From Candidatus Lindowbacteria bacterium RIFCSPLOWO2_12_FULL_62_27 (GTDB lineage Bacteria; Lindowbacteria; 2-12-FULL-62-27): a stretch of DNA of 64,000 bases. How positions within the stretch are numbered: the first letter of the stretch is position 1; every line of letters begins with the position of its first letter. A program made the position numbers and the translations under genes. Positions 35,497 through 45,063 of this stretch are shown one piece after another. The notes under the pieces were generated by a model. The model searched no databases. It was not told the DNA's origin and worked only from the letters and a program-made list of their open reading frames with translations. The stretch lies in the NCBI GenBank assembly GCA_001784175.1, contig MFPR01000017.1, positions 29,024 to 93,023 of the forward strand, in the 5' to 3' direction.

Positions 35497-36225
35497 ATGA
35501 CTTCCAAGCCAGGGCTGTTTGAAACCTTTCTGTGCGTGCGCAGGCGTGCGCCATTTCTGGATTTTCATCTGATGAGGCTCAAGGGATCGGCCCGAAGGCT
35601 GCACATTCCTGTTGAGGCGGGGCTTGCCGCCGAGGTGTCGCGGCGTGTGGAGGCGCTCGGGTCGCATCCGCATCGCGGGCGGTTGGAGGTTTCGAGCGCG
35701 GGCGAGGTTCGATTGACATTTGCGGGGTATGACGCGCGCTTGATTTTTCGCAAAACGCCGATCGCCGAAAAACTTATTTCCCTTGCCGCGCCGCGCGGGT
35801 ATCCCGGCGCGTGGGCGGGGATGAAGACATTTCCGCGAATGCTCCTGGATCAGGCGCACGCCGAGGCAGGACGGCGGGGCGCGGCCGATGCGGTACTGGC
35901 GCGCCGATGGGTTTACGAAACGGCGCAGGGGAATTTGTTCTGGCTGAGGGGCGATGTCCTGCACACGCCGGCGGTCGGGCTGGGATGCCTTCCGGGAATT
36001 CTGCGGGGATGGGTGATCGGTGAGGCGCGGAGACTGGGCGTGAAGGTGCGCGAGGGCCGGTTTTCGCCGTCGAGCCTGACAGGCGCCGAGTCGATCTTCA
36101 GGACAAACGCGCTGATCGGCATTCGGTGGGTCCGTGAAATTGCGGGTCTTGGCCGGTGGCGCCGGCCCGTTCATCCGCTGGTCATGGAACTTTACCGGCG
36201 GTGGTGTGATAAGATCCGGTCATGA
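35497..36225 (+). CDS. pabC: class IV aminotransferase-fold protein, aminodeoxychorismate lyase-like
   Basis: Size and general similarity to PabC/class IV aminotransferases; overlaps ruvX start by 4 bp. Confidence 0.5.
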   Translation: MTSKPGLFETFLCVRRRAPFLDFHLMRLKGSARRLHIPVEAGLAAEVSRRVEALGSHPHRGRLEVSSAGEVRLTFAGYDARLIFRKTPIAEKLISLAAPRGYPGAWAGMKTFPRMLLDQAHAEAGRRGAADAVLARRWVYETAQGNLFWLRGDVLHTPAVGLGCLPGILRGWVIGEARRLGVKVREGRFSPSSLTGAESIFRTNALIGIRWVREIAGLGRWRRPVHPLVMELYRRWCDKIRS

Positions 36226-36638
36226 CGCTTTTGGCCGTTGATTTCGGGACCAAGCGACTGGGTGTGGCGGTGACGGACAGCGCCGAACGGATGGCGCTGC
36301 CACTGGCGTCGTTTGCCGTCCGGTCGGAAGACGAGGGCGTGGACAAGATCGCGCGCATCGCACAGGAGCGCGGCGTCCGGGAGATCATCGTGGGCCTGCC
36401 GATCGGCCACCGGGGCGGGGAGACTCAGATGAGCGCGCAGGTGCGCGCATTCGGAGAAAAACTGCGAGTGAGAATCGCCGTCCCCGTGACGTTTTCGGAC
36501 GAGCGCTTCACGACCAAGCTTGCGGAGGCCCCGATGATGGAGGCGGGCGTCAGCGCCAAAAAGCGCCGTGGGCTCGTCGACGCCGGCGCGGCTTCGCTGC
36601 TCCTACTGGCCGTCCTCGACGCGCGCCGTCCGAGCTGA
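36222..36638 (+). CDS. ruvX: Holliday-junction-resolvase-like pre-16S rRNA nuclease YqgF/RuvX
   Basis: N-terminal LAVDFGTKRLGVAV signature; 138 aa. Confidence 0.85.
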   Translation: MTLLAVDFGTKRLGVAVTDSAERMALPLASFAVRSEDEGVDKIARIAQERGVREIIVGLPIGHRGGETQMSAQVRAFGEKLRVRIAVPVTFSDERFTTKLAEAPMMEAGVSAKKRRGLVDAGAASLLLLAVLDARRPS

Positions 36639-36641
36639 AGC

Positions 36642-37610
36642 ATGCGGTGGCTCCGCTCGGTCATTCTGTTGGCGTGCGTTGCTCTATTGGGCTGGAGTTT
36701 CCATTTTGCCGTGTCGCGTCCCCTGCCGGAACTGCGCGAGGGCGTGGTGGAGATCCGGCGCGGGTGGGGCCTGTCGGAGATCGGGCGCGCGTTTTTCGGA
36801 TCGAATCGGTGGTCCGTCGGCTCGTTCAAGGCATATGTGATTCTGACCGGCCGCAGCCGGCGGCTCAAAGCCGGCGAGTATGAATTGGACCGGGATTCGA
36901 TTCGAAGCCTGACGCGGAAACTGGCCGCCGGCCGAGTGCTTCAGTACCGCGTCACCGTCGCGGAGGGTGTGTGGGCGTCGGACATCGCGGTGCTCCTGGA
37001 GGGCGCGGGCCTGTGCGACCGCGAGAGGCTGCTTTCGTTGATCCGCGACCCCGCCTTCGCCACGGACATGGCCGGCGCCCGTGTTCCGTCGCTGGAGGGC
37101 TATCTCTTTCCTGAAACGTATTTTTTCACAAAGGGAATGTCGGAAGAGGACATTCTGAAAACGTTCGTCGCGCGGTTCAACGAAAAGGCCCGGCCGCTGC
37201 TTCGTTCCGACACGCATTCGGCGCACGACCTCCTGACGCTGGCCTCGATGGTGGAGCGCGAGGCTGCAAGGGACGAGGAGCGGCCGGTGATCGCGGGCGT
37301 GTTCTGGAACCGGCTCCGGCGCCGGATGCCCCTCGAATCGTGCGTCACCGTCGAGTACGCGCTGGGCCGGAAGAAAAAGAAGCTGACCGACGAGGACCTC
37401 CGGGCGGACTCGCCCTACAACACCTACCGCCGCGCGGGCCTTCCGCCGGGCCCGGTGGGCAATCCCGGCCTGCGGGCGATTGCGGCGACCGTGATGCCGG
37501 CCGCCACCGGATACCTTTTTTTCGTCGCCGCCGGCGACGGAAGCCATCACTTTTCCGCCACGTGGGCTGAGCACCTGCGCGCCAAGCGTCGGGCGGGGCG
37601 GGGGAGATAG
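36642..37610 (+). CDS. mltG: endolytic murein transglycosylase MltG (YceG family)
   Basis: N-terminal membrane helix; EGYLFPETY and SPYNTYRRAGLPPGPVGNPG motifs. Confidence 0.85.
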   Translation: MRWLRSVILLACVALLGWSFHFAVSRPLPELREGVVEIRRGWGLSEIGRAFFGSNRWSVGSFKAYVILTGRSRRLKAGEYELDRDSIRSLTRKLAAGRVLQYRVTVAEGVWASDIAVLLEGAGLCDRERLLSLIRDPAFATDMAGARVPSLEGYLFPETYFFTKGMSEEDILKTFVARFNEKARPLLRSDTHSAHDLLTLASMVEREAARDEERPVIAGVFWNRLRRRMPLESCVTVEYALGRKKKKLTDEDLRADSPYNTYRRAGLPPGPVGNPGLRAIAATVMPAATGYLFFVAAGDGSHHFSATWAEHLRAKRRAGRGR

Positions 37611-37702
37611 GAAGGTCAAATTCGCAAAAGTCCTGTAATAAAAATCCCGCCGGATGCCGAAATAGCTATTTAGGACGTGCATATTATATATGGAGTGGAA
37701 CC

Positions 37703-39175
37703 ATGAAGAAATGGCTGTGCCTTGGGTTTCTCACGTTGATGGTCCTGGCAGGCCTTGCGGCAGGCGCGCGGGCGAAGAGTCTGGACGGTTTTTATCTCGA
37801 AAGCGCCAGCACGCTGGGCCGCGGATCCTGGGATTTAAAATCCTATCTTGAATTCGGCAGCAACGCCGAGCCTCTGACCATTCCCGGCGCGCTGACCAAC
37901 ACCGGCCGGAACATCGCCGTCAAGGTCAGCACGACCCGCCTGCCCGTGGAGCTGCGGTACGGCCTGTCGGAGGGGTGGGAGATCGGGGGCGACCTGGGAT
38001 TTGAGAGCGACGACGGCGAAGCGGACCCGCCGTCGATTTATCTGGGCAAGAGCGGCCTGCAGAGGATCCGATTTTTCGGCAAATGGAATTTTTTCCAGGA
38101 CGTGGCCGCGATGGCGGATCTGTCGATGTTCGGCGACGAGAAGTTGTATTACGGCCAGGACGGATTTGATTTCGGCCTGAAATTCATCTACGGGCCCGAA
38201 CTCGGCGCCGGCAATCTCATGCTCAATCTCGGGATTCTGCTCAAGGGCGGCGAGGCCGAGTATGCCGACGGGAACTCGAAAATTTCCGGGTCCGCCAAGG
38301 ATTTCGACAACGTGTTCTCCTACGGCATCGGCTACGCCTACCCGTACAGCGACCGATTCACCGGCATCTTTGAGCTGGCTGGATCGTCCTCCCCGTACAA
38401 GGGCGGTTCGGGCGTGAGCACGGAGGATTTGCTGGCGTTGAATCTTGGCGCGCGATACGCGTTCACGGACCAGTTTTCGCTCGAGGGCGGAATCGCCCTG
38501 GGCCTCGCCGACGGCAGCCCGAATTTCCTGCTGAGGGTCGGCATGGACTGGTGGTGGAGCGCTGCGGGCGAATACAGCGAGGCCGCCGAACCGGCGCGTC
38601 CCTGGACGCCTGCCGCCGAGCCGAAGAAATCCGAAAAGGCCGCGCCGGCCTGGACGCCGCCGGAAAGACCGGCCGAGAAACCGGCCGAGAAGAAAGAGCC
38701 GATGGCGCGCGAATCGGCGCCTTACGATGTGCCGCCGACCTATCAGGCGCCCCAAAAAGAAGCGATGCCCGAACGCGCGCCCGTCGTGGCGGCGGAAGCG
38801 CCGGCCGGTCCCTCCACGGACGAGCAGATCCAGTCGCGCGTCGCAAAAGCGGCGGATGCCTTCAACCGGGGGGACTTCGCGACCGCCGTCAGCCACTACG
38901 AGGCGGCGATCCAGTTGAAGAACAACGATCCCGTACTGCACTACAACCTCGCGACCGTGCATTTCCAGCAGAAGCGGTACGAGGACGCCAAAACATACTA
39001 TAAGAACGCGATCACCCTGAATCCGAACGATCCCGAGAGCCATCTGTATCTGGGATACACGCATTATTATCTGAACGACCAGGCGTCGGCGATCCGCGAA
39101 TGGCAGCGGGTGCTCGAGCTGAATCCCGACAACACGCTGGCCATCGAGAATCTGAAAGCCCTCGGCGTCGAGTAG
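37703..39175 (+). CDS. secreted beta-rich domain protein with Pro-rich linker and C-terminal TPR repeats, paralog A
   Basis: Signal peptide; N-terminal domain with alternating hydrophobic beta-like segments; PE-rich linker; three C-terminal TPR units. Confidence 0.6.
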   Translation: MKKWLCLGFLTLMVLAGLAAGARAKSLDGFYLESASTLGRGSWDLKSYLEFGSNAEPLTIPGALTNTGRNIAVKVSTTRLPVELRYGLSEGWEIGGDLGFESDDGEADPPSIYLGKSGLQRIRFFGKWNFFQDVAAMADLSMFGDEKLYYGQDGFDFGLKFIYGPELGAGNLMLNLGILLKGGEAEYADGNSKISGSAKDFDNVFSYGIGYAYPYSDRFTGIFELAGSSSPYKGGSGVSTEDLLALNLGARYAFTDQFSLEGGIALGLADGSPNFLLRVGMDWWWSAAGEYSEAAEPARPWTPAAEPKKSEKAAPAWTPPERPAEKPAEKKEPMARESAPYDVPPTYQAPQKEAMPERAPVVAAEAPAGPSTDEQIQSRVAKAADAFNRGDFATAVSHYEAAIQLKNNDPVLHYNLATVHFQQKRYEDAKTYYKNAITLNPNDPESHLYLGYTHYYLNDQASAIREWQRVLELNPDNTLAIENLKALGVE

Positions 39176-39220
39176 GGAACGACTTTCTCGACAATTAACT
39201 TGATTTTGACCGCATAGTAT

Positions 39221-40648
39221 ATGAATATCCATCCAATGATCTTCAGGCGACTGGTGGGGGTTGGTGTGTTCTTTGCGATGCTCTGTCTGAGCCCGGCGGA
39301 GGTTTCGGCCCGGAGCTTGAACGGCGCTTATCTCGAGCAGGCCGGCACGCTGAACGACGGCGCGTGGGCGCTCAAGTCCTACGTGGAACTCGGCAGCAAG
39401 GCGAAACCCATCAAAGTAACCAATGCGGTGACCGGGACGGGCGATGTCGAGCTCAAGACGGGAACGATCCGCCTTCCGGTGGAGCTTCGGTACGGCCTGA
39501 CGGACAAATGGGAGCTGGGCGGCGACCTGGGCCTGGAGATCGACAACGGCGGGATCATTGTGGGTTCAAAAGGTTTTCTGGATGGCAGCGGCCTGCAGGG
39601 AATCCGGATGTATGGCAAATGGAATTTCATCGAGAATCTGGCGACGAAGCTGGAGCTGTCCTTTGCCGGAGACGAGTCGCTGTACTGGACGCTGGGGAGC
39701 TTTGATCTCGGCATCAAATTCATGTTCAGCCCGGAGATCGGCCCCGGCCAGCTCAACACAAATTTGGGATTCGTGTCCAAGAGCGGCGACGTCAGCGTGT
39801 CGAGCGCCCTCGTCGTCGATTTCGGAACGATGTTCATGTACGGCGTCGGCTATACGTGGCCGTGGGGCGATCGGATCGGCTGGACGGTGGAGCTGGCCGG
39901 ATCGTCCTCGCCGTACAAGGGCGGCACGGGCGTGTCCGGCAAGAACGCGCGTTTGAGTTTGCTGTTCGGCGGGCAATACGAGCTCAGCGAGCGCGTGTCG
40001 GCTGACGCGTCGGTGTCGTTCGGCCTGGCGAAGGGCAGCCCGCGGTTCATGTTGAAGGGCGGGATGGAATGGCTGTGGGGCGCCGTGGAGGAAGCGCGGC
40101 GGACGGCGGCGGCCGCAACCCCGCAGCAGCCCTCCAAGGCATGGACGCCGTCCACGACGCCGGCGGGGGCGCCCGCGACCGGCGCGACGACCGCCGCAAC
40201 GCCGGCCAAGCCCAAGGGTCCGACCTACGAGGCGCCGGCCGCCTATGAAGTTCCCAAGCCGCCCCCCCCGCCGCCGAGCGGTCCGACGACCGCGGAACTT
40301 TTGCAGCAGCGGATCGCGGACGCCCAATCGTCGTTCAGCCGCGGCGATTTCGTGACCGCGGCCGCGCAGTACGAAGCGGCGATCAAACTGAAGGACAACG
40401 ATCCGGTGCTGCACTACAATCTCGCGACCGCGTACTTTCAGTTAAAAAGATATTCGGACGCCAAGATCTATTACAAGAACGCCGTAACCTACAATCCGGC
40501 CGATCCCGACAGTCACCTGTATCTGGGCTATTGCTACTATTATCTGCAGGATCAGCAGTCCGCGATCCGCGAGTGGCAGAAGGTTCTGGAGACGGATCCG
40601 TCCAACTCGCTGGCGCGAGAAAATCTCAAATCCTTGGGCGTTGAATAG
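39221..40648 (+). CDS. secreted beta-rich domain protein with Pro-rich linker and C-terminal TPR repeats, paralog B
   Basis: Same architecture as upstream gene, shared blocks (RLPVELRYGL, ELAGSSSPYKGG, VLHYNLATV). Confidence 0.6.
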   Translation: MNIHPMIFRRLVGVGVFFAMLCLSPAEVSARSLNGAYLEQAGTLNDGAWALKSYVELGSKAKPIKVTNAVTGTGDVELKTGTIRLPVELRYGLTDKWELGGDLGLEIDNGGIIVGSKGFLDGSGLQGIRMYGKWNFIENLATKLELSFAGDESLYWTLGSFDLGIKFMFSPEIGPGQLNTNLGFVSKSGDVSVSSALVVDFGTMFMYGVGYTWPWGDRIGWTVELAGSSSPYKGGTGVSGKNARLSLLFGGQYELSERVSADASVSFGLAKGSPRFMLKGGMEWLWGAVEEARRTAAAATPQQPSKAWTPSTTPAGAPATGATTAATPAKPKGPTYEAPAAYEVPKPPPPPPSGPTTAELLQQRIADAQSSFSRGDFVTAAAQYEAAIKLKDNDPVLHYNLATAYFQLKRYSDAKIYYKNAVTYNPADPDSHLYLGYCYYYLQDQQSAIREWQKVLETDPSNSLARENLKSLGVE

Positions 40649-41327
40649 TCGTACCCGGCTTCCCGTTCGCCGCGCCTCCGCGTTGATCCTCTGCGTCGCG
40701 ATCGCTCTCTTGGTCCTCGGAGGGTTGCCGGCCGAGGCCGGCGTGTATCTCTTCCGGGACGAGACGACGGGCAAGATGGTTCTGTCGGACGTTCCGGCCT
40801 CCGCGACGGCCCGGCGTTTGATTGGCGACCCGAAAGAGGAAGAGACGATCAACCAGTTCGTGACCGACCGCGACCGGGTCGCGCTTTATGCGGGGCTGAT
40901 CCGCCAGCACGCACGGATGTACAATCTGCCGGAACCGCTGATCAAGGCCGTGATCCAGGCCGAGTCGTCCTTCAACCCGGAGGCGGTGTCCCACAAGGGC
41001 GCGGTCGGCCTCATGCAGGTGATGCCCGCAACGGCGAAGGACATCGGGATCCTCGGCGATCTCAAGGACCCGCGCGTGAACATCGACGCCGGATGCCGGT
41101 ACCTCTCGATGATGCTGAGCCGGTTCAAAGGCCAGGTGCCGCTGGCCCTCGCGGCGTACAACGCGGGCCCGGAAGCGGTCGTCTACGCCGGCACCGCGGT
41201 GCCGAATTTTCCCGAAACGAAAGCCTACGTCAACAATGTGATCGACCTCATGAACCGCTTCAAAACCGCCGGCACGGTCTTCGTCGTCGAACTTTCCGCC
41301 GGCCGGTTTCTGCTTACGAATTACTGA
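40641..41327 (+). CDS. lytic transglycosylase (SLT domain)
   Basis: ESSFNPEAVSHKGAVGLMQVMP catalytic-Glu motif and AAYNAGP. Confidence 0.7.
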   Translation: MNSRTRLPVRRASALILCVAIALLVLGGLPAEAGVYLFRDETTGKMVLSDVPASATARRLIGDPKEEETINQFVTDRDRVALYAGLIRQHARMYNLPEPLIKAVIQAESSFNPEAVSHKGAVGLMQVMPATAKDIGILGDLKDPRVNIDAGCRYLSMMLSRFKGQVPLALAAYNAGPEAVVYAGTAVPNFPETKAYVNNVIDLMNRFKTAGTVFVVELSAGRFLLTNY

Positions 41328-41353
41328 AAGGGCTCAACCGAACGAGCGATGAG

Positions 41354-44164
41354 GTGGAGGTATCGGCGGAATCCCTGCTGACCATCGTCCGGGTTATGGT
41401 CGCCGAGGTTCACAGGGGCGACGCAGCTGCCGCCGTCGTGTCGCTGGACAGCACGCTGGACGGCGATCTCGGATTGGACAGCCTGGGCCGGGTGGAGCTT
41501 CTGATGCGGATCGAGCGGAGCTTCGGCGTCCGCCTGCCGGAAGGGGTGCTCTCGACGGCGGAGACGCCGCGCGATCTTTTGCGCGCGGCGCTGATCGCCA
41601 AAGGCGAGCCGGTCTTGGCGCAGTCCGTGGAGATGAGGAGCGGTCCCGGCGAGAAGGTGGAATCCTCTCCGGCCGGCGCCGGAACGTTGACGGAAGTTCT
41701 CGCCTGGCACGCGCGGGCCCATCCCGACCGGACGCATCTCACTCTCTATCTCGACGACGAGCGGGAAGTCGACATCACGTACCGGGACCTGTGGGACCGC
41801 GCCCGGGCGGTCGCGCGCGGACTGCAGGCGCACGATCTTCAGCCGGGCCAGTCGGTCGGCATCATGCAGCCGACGGGTCTGGATTTTTTTGTGAGTTTTT
41901 ATGGCGTGCTCATCGCCGGCGGCGCGCCGGTTCCGCTGTATCCGCCGGCGCGTCTGAGCCAAATTGAAGACCACCTGCGCCGCCAGTCGCGGATTCTGAC
42001 CAACGCCCTCGCCGTCGAACTCATCACGATGCCCGAGGCCAAGCCGCTCGCGCTCCTCATCAAGTCCCAGGTCGAAACGCTCCGGCACGTCTCGACGGTT
42101 CAGGAATTGTCCGAGAATTCCGGAACTTACACCGAACCTCCCCTCAAGACGCAGGACATCGCGCTTCTGCAATACACCTCGGGCAGCACCGGCCATCCGA
42201 AAGGCGTCGTGCTGACGCATGCGAATCTCCTGGCGAACATCCGGACGATGGGCCAGGCGTTGAAAGTGGATTCGACCGACGTGGTCGTGAGCTGGCTGCC
42301 GCTGTACCATGACATGGGCCTCATCGGCGCCTGGTTCGGGAGCCTCCACCATGCGGCCCGGCTGGTCATCATGTCTCCGCTCACGTTTCTGTCCCGGCCT
42401 TCCCGGTGGCTCTGGGCGATCCACCGGCACCGGGGAACGATTTCGGCCGCGCCGAATTTCGCGTACGAATTCTGCCTGCGAAAAATAGACGACCGCGAGA
42501 TCGAGGGACTCGACCTCAGCTCATGGCGCGCCGCCTTGAACGGCGCCGAACCCGTCCGGCCCGAAACCGTGCAGCGGTTCATCGAGCGCTATTCCAAGCA
42601 CGGATTTCGCGCCGAGTCGGTCATGCCGGTGTACGGTCTGGCCGAATGCTCCCTTGGCCTGTCTTTCCCGCCGCTCGGCAGGCCGCCGCTGATCGACCGG
42701 ATCGAGCGCGAGCTTTTTGTGACCCAGGGGCTGGCCGTGCCGGCCGCGCCGGGCGACCCTGACGCGCTGGCCTTCGTTTCGTGCGGCCGGCCGATCGCCG
42801 GCCACCAGATCCGGATCGTGGACGCGACCGGCCGGGAAGTGATCGACCGCGCGGAGGGCCGGCTGCAATTCCGGGGGCCGTCGGCGACCAGCGGATATTT
42901 TCGGAACGCCGGGGAGACGCGGCGTCTCTTTCAAGACGAGTGGCTCGAATCGGGCGACGTGGCGTACATGGCCGAGGGCAACGTGTATCTGACGAGCCGG
43001 ACCAAGGACATCATCATCCGCGCCGGCCACAACATTTATCCGTACGAGCTGGAGGACGCCATCGGCGATGTCCCGGGCATTCGAAAGGGCTGCGTTGCGG
43101 TGTTCAGCAGTCCCGATCCCGTGCTCGGCACGGAACGGCTGGTCGTGCTGGCCGAAACCCGCGAGCCGGCCGCCGGCGTCGGGGAAACTCTCCGCGCCCG
43201 GATCAACACGCTTGCGATCGATCTCATCGGCATGCCGCCGGATGATATTGTTCTCGTCCCGCCTCACACCGTTCTCAAAACCTCCAGCGGAAAAATCCGC
43301 CGCGCCGCCAGCCGCGAACTCTATGAGCAGGGTCTCATCGGCCGTCGGCAGCGCGCGGTCTGGATCCAGATTGCGCGGCTGGCCTGGGCGAGCCTTCGGC
43401 CCGCGTTGCGCCGCGCGTCGCGCGCGGCCACGGACGTGTTGTTTGCCGGCTATGTTCTCGCGCTTTTCGGCCTGTGTTTCGTCCCGGCATGGCTTGGCGC
43501 GGTGTTCCTGCCGCGGCGGTCCTGGCGCCGCGCGGCAGCCTATGGTGCGGCCCGGTGCCTGGTGCGGCTGAGCGGCGTGCGGGTCGCGGTTCGGGGGCGG
43601 GAGAATCTTCCGCTCGAAGGTCCCTGCCTGATCGTTTCCAATCATGCGAGTTATCTCGACGCGATCGTACTTGCGGCGATCGTGCCGACGCGGTTCGGGT
43701 ACACCGCCAAGCGCGAACTGGCCGGGCGATTTCTCAGCCGCGTGGGACTTCAGCGGCTTGGTTTCCAGTTTCTGGAGCGTTTTGACATTGAGCGGACGAT
43801 GGACGACACGCGGCGGATCGCGGCATCGGTCCGGAAGGGCCATCCGCTGATTTTTTTCCCGGAGGGAACCTTTGGCCGGATGCCGGGCCTGCGAGCGTTT
43901 CACATGGGCGCATTTCTCATTGCCGCCGAAGGAACGGTTCCAGTCGTCCCCGTGTCCATTCGCGGGACGCGGTCGGTCCTGCGGGACGGCCACTGGTTTC
44001 CCCGGCGTTCTTCCATCCGGATCACGATCGGCGCGCCGATTGCGCCCGACGGCCAGGACTGGTCCGCCGCGATCAAACTCCGCGACGCCGCCCGCGCCGT
44101 GATCCTTCGGCACTGCGGCGAACCCGACGTCGGCCAGGCGGTATCCGGGTCTCCCTCGCCTTGA
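41354..44164 (+). CDS. tri-domain fusion: acyl-carrier-protein domain, fatty acyl-AMP ligase/AMP-binding domain, lysophospholipid acyltransferase (PlsC-like) domain
   Basis: ACP motif GDLGLDSLGRVEL; AMP-binding YTSGSTGHPKGV; acyltransferase NHASYLDA (H-x4-D) and FPEGT; start set to GTG after the SLT stop, ATG at 41396 is an alternative. Confidence 0.7.
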   Translation: MEVSAESLLTIVRVMVAEVHRGDAAAAVVSLDSTLDGDLGLDSLGRVELLMRIERSFGVRLPEGVLSTAETPRDLLRAALIAKGEPVLAQSVEMRSGPGEKVESSPAGAGTLTEVLAWHARAHPDRTHLTLYLDDEREVDITYRDLWDRARAVARGLQAHDLQPGQSVGIMQPTGLDFFVSFYGVLIAGGAPVPLYPPARLSQIEDHLRRQSRILTNALAVELITMPEAKPLALLIKSQVETLRHVSTVQELSENSGTYTEPPLKTQDIALLQYTSGSTGHPKGVVLTHANLLANIRTMGQALKVDSTDVVVSWLPLYHDMGLIGAWFGSLHHAARLVIMSPLTFLSRPSRWLWAIHRHRGTISAAPNFAYEFCLRKIDDREIEGLDLSSWRAALNGAEPVRPETVQRFIERYSKHGFRAESVMPVYGLAECSLGLSFPPLGRPPLIDRIERELFVTQGLAVPAAPGDPDALAFVSCGRPIAGHQIRIVDATGREVIDRAEGRLQFRGPSATSGYFRNAGETRRLFQDEWLESGDVAYMAEGNVYLTSRTKDIIIRAGHNIYPYELEDAIGDVPGIRKGCVAVFSSPDPVLGTERLVVLAETREPAAGVGETLRARINTLAIDLIGMPPDDIVLVPPHTVLKTSSGKIRRAASRELYEQGLIGRRQRAVWIQIARLAWASLRPALRRASRAATDVLFAGYVLALFGLCFVPAWLGAVFLPRRSWRRAAAYGAARCLVRLSGVRVAVRGRENLPLEGPCLIVSNHASYLDAIVLAAIVPTRFGYTAKRELAGRFLSRVGLQRLGFQFLERFDIERTMDDTRRIAASVRKGHPLIFFPEGTFGRMPGLRAFHMGAFLIAAEGTVPVVPVSIRGTRSVLRDGHWFPRRSSIRITIGAPIAPDGQDWSAAIKLRDAARAVILRHCGEPDVGQAVSGSPSP

Positions 44165-44180
44165 CCCTGCCGCGCGCGTT

Positions 44181-45056
44181 ATGCTACGAGGAAACATGAA
44201 AGATTTCCCGCATGAGGAGAGATTGCTCGAGGCCGCGCGGGTTGTGCGCGCGCGATCGCCGGCGCGAAAGATCAAAGGCGCGCCGGTGGCCGGGCTGGAT
44301 CTCGGCACGGCCGACGTGGTGTTTCTGGTGCTGGACGAAACCGGCGCGCCGGTGTGCGGGTATCTCGAATGGTCGGAAGTGGTGCGGGACGGCGTGGTGG
44401 TCGATTTTGCGGGCGCGCGCCGGATCGTGCGGAAAATGGTGGAGGACGCGGAAGCGGCGCTGGGCCAGTCGATCGAATCGTGTTCGACCGGGTATCCGCC
44501 GGGGACCGACCCGGACCTCAGTGTGAATGTGGTGCGGGACGCGGGCCTGCGGATCGCCGCCGTGTTGGACGAGCCGACGGCCGCCGCGACGGCGCTGGGC
44601 ATCCGGGACGGGATCGTGGTCGACATCGGTGGCGGCACCACCGGCATCTCCATTCTGCAGGAGGGCAAGGTCCGGTACAGCGCGGACGAGGCGACGGGCG
44701 GCCGCCATCTGTCTCTGGTGCTGGCCGGCGCGTACAAGATTTCGTATGACGAAGCGGAGCGGCGCAAGCGGAGCGGCGAAGGCCGGCAATTTCTGAACGT
44801 GGTCCGGCCGGTGATCGAAAAAATGGCGTCGATCGTCCAGGCCCACATTCGCGGCGCGTCCGAAAGCCTCCCGATCGTTCTTGTCGGCGGCACGCCGCAA
44901 CTGGAGGGCTTCAAAGAGATATTTGAAGAAGAACTGGCCCGGCCCGTGACGGTGCCCCAAGAGCCGCTCTTCGCCACGCCGCTCGGAATTGCGCTGTCGG
45001 GACTGCCGGCGCGCCGCGCGTCGCCCTCGCCGGTCGCGCAGGGTTGCGCGGTCTGA
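44181..45056 (+). CDS. eutJ: EutJ-like actin-fold (Hsp70-type) ATPase
   Basis: Phosphate-binding motifs AGLDLGTADV and VDIGGGTTGI. Confidence 0.65.
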   Translation: MLRGNMKDFPHEERLLEAARVVRARSPARKIKGAPVAGLDLGTADVVFLVLDETGAPVCGYLEWSEVVRDGVVVDFAGARRIVRKMVEDAEAALGQSIESCSTGYPPGTDPDLSVNVVRDAGLRIAAVLDEPTAAATALGIRDGIVVDIGGGTTGISILQEGKVRYSADEATGGRHLSLVLAGAYKISYDEAERRKRSGEGRQFLNVVRPVIEKMASIVQAHIRGASESLPIVLVGGTPQLEGFKEIFEEELARPVTVPQEPLFATPLGIALSGLPARRASPSPVAQGCAV

Positions 45057-45063
45057 TTCCTCG

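Noticed and set aside
35480-35500. Three tandem GTCATGR heptamers overlapping the start codon of the pabC-like gene
   Set aside because: Only three short copies; most simply explained as chance or start-region sequence rather than a functional repeat, though it lies just downstream of tRNA-Tyr.
36684-37682. 332-aa minus-strand ORF antisense to mltG
   Set aside because: mltG signature motifs are on the + strand; this is an antisense frame artefact.
40262-40269. C8 homopolymer inside paralog B of the beta-rich/TPR gene
   Set aside because: Encodes a poly-proline stretch in a Pro-rich linker of a GC-rich gene; no evidence of phase variation.
41093-41353. N-terminal 87 codons of the ORF-track frame 41093-44164
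   Set aside because: This part overlaps the SLT lytic transglycosylase gene in another frame; the fusion gene most likely starts at GTG 41354 or ATG 41396.
42521-44977. 818-aa minus-strand ORF antisense to the ACP-ligase-acyltransferase and EutJ-like genes
   Set aside because: No motifs and Arg/Pro/Gly-rich composition; the sense-strand genes have clear AMP-binding and acyltransferase signatures.
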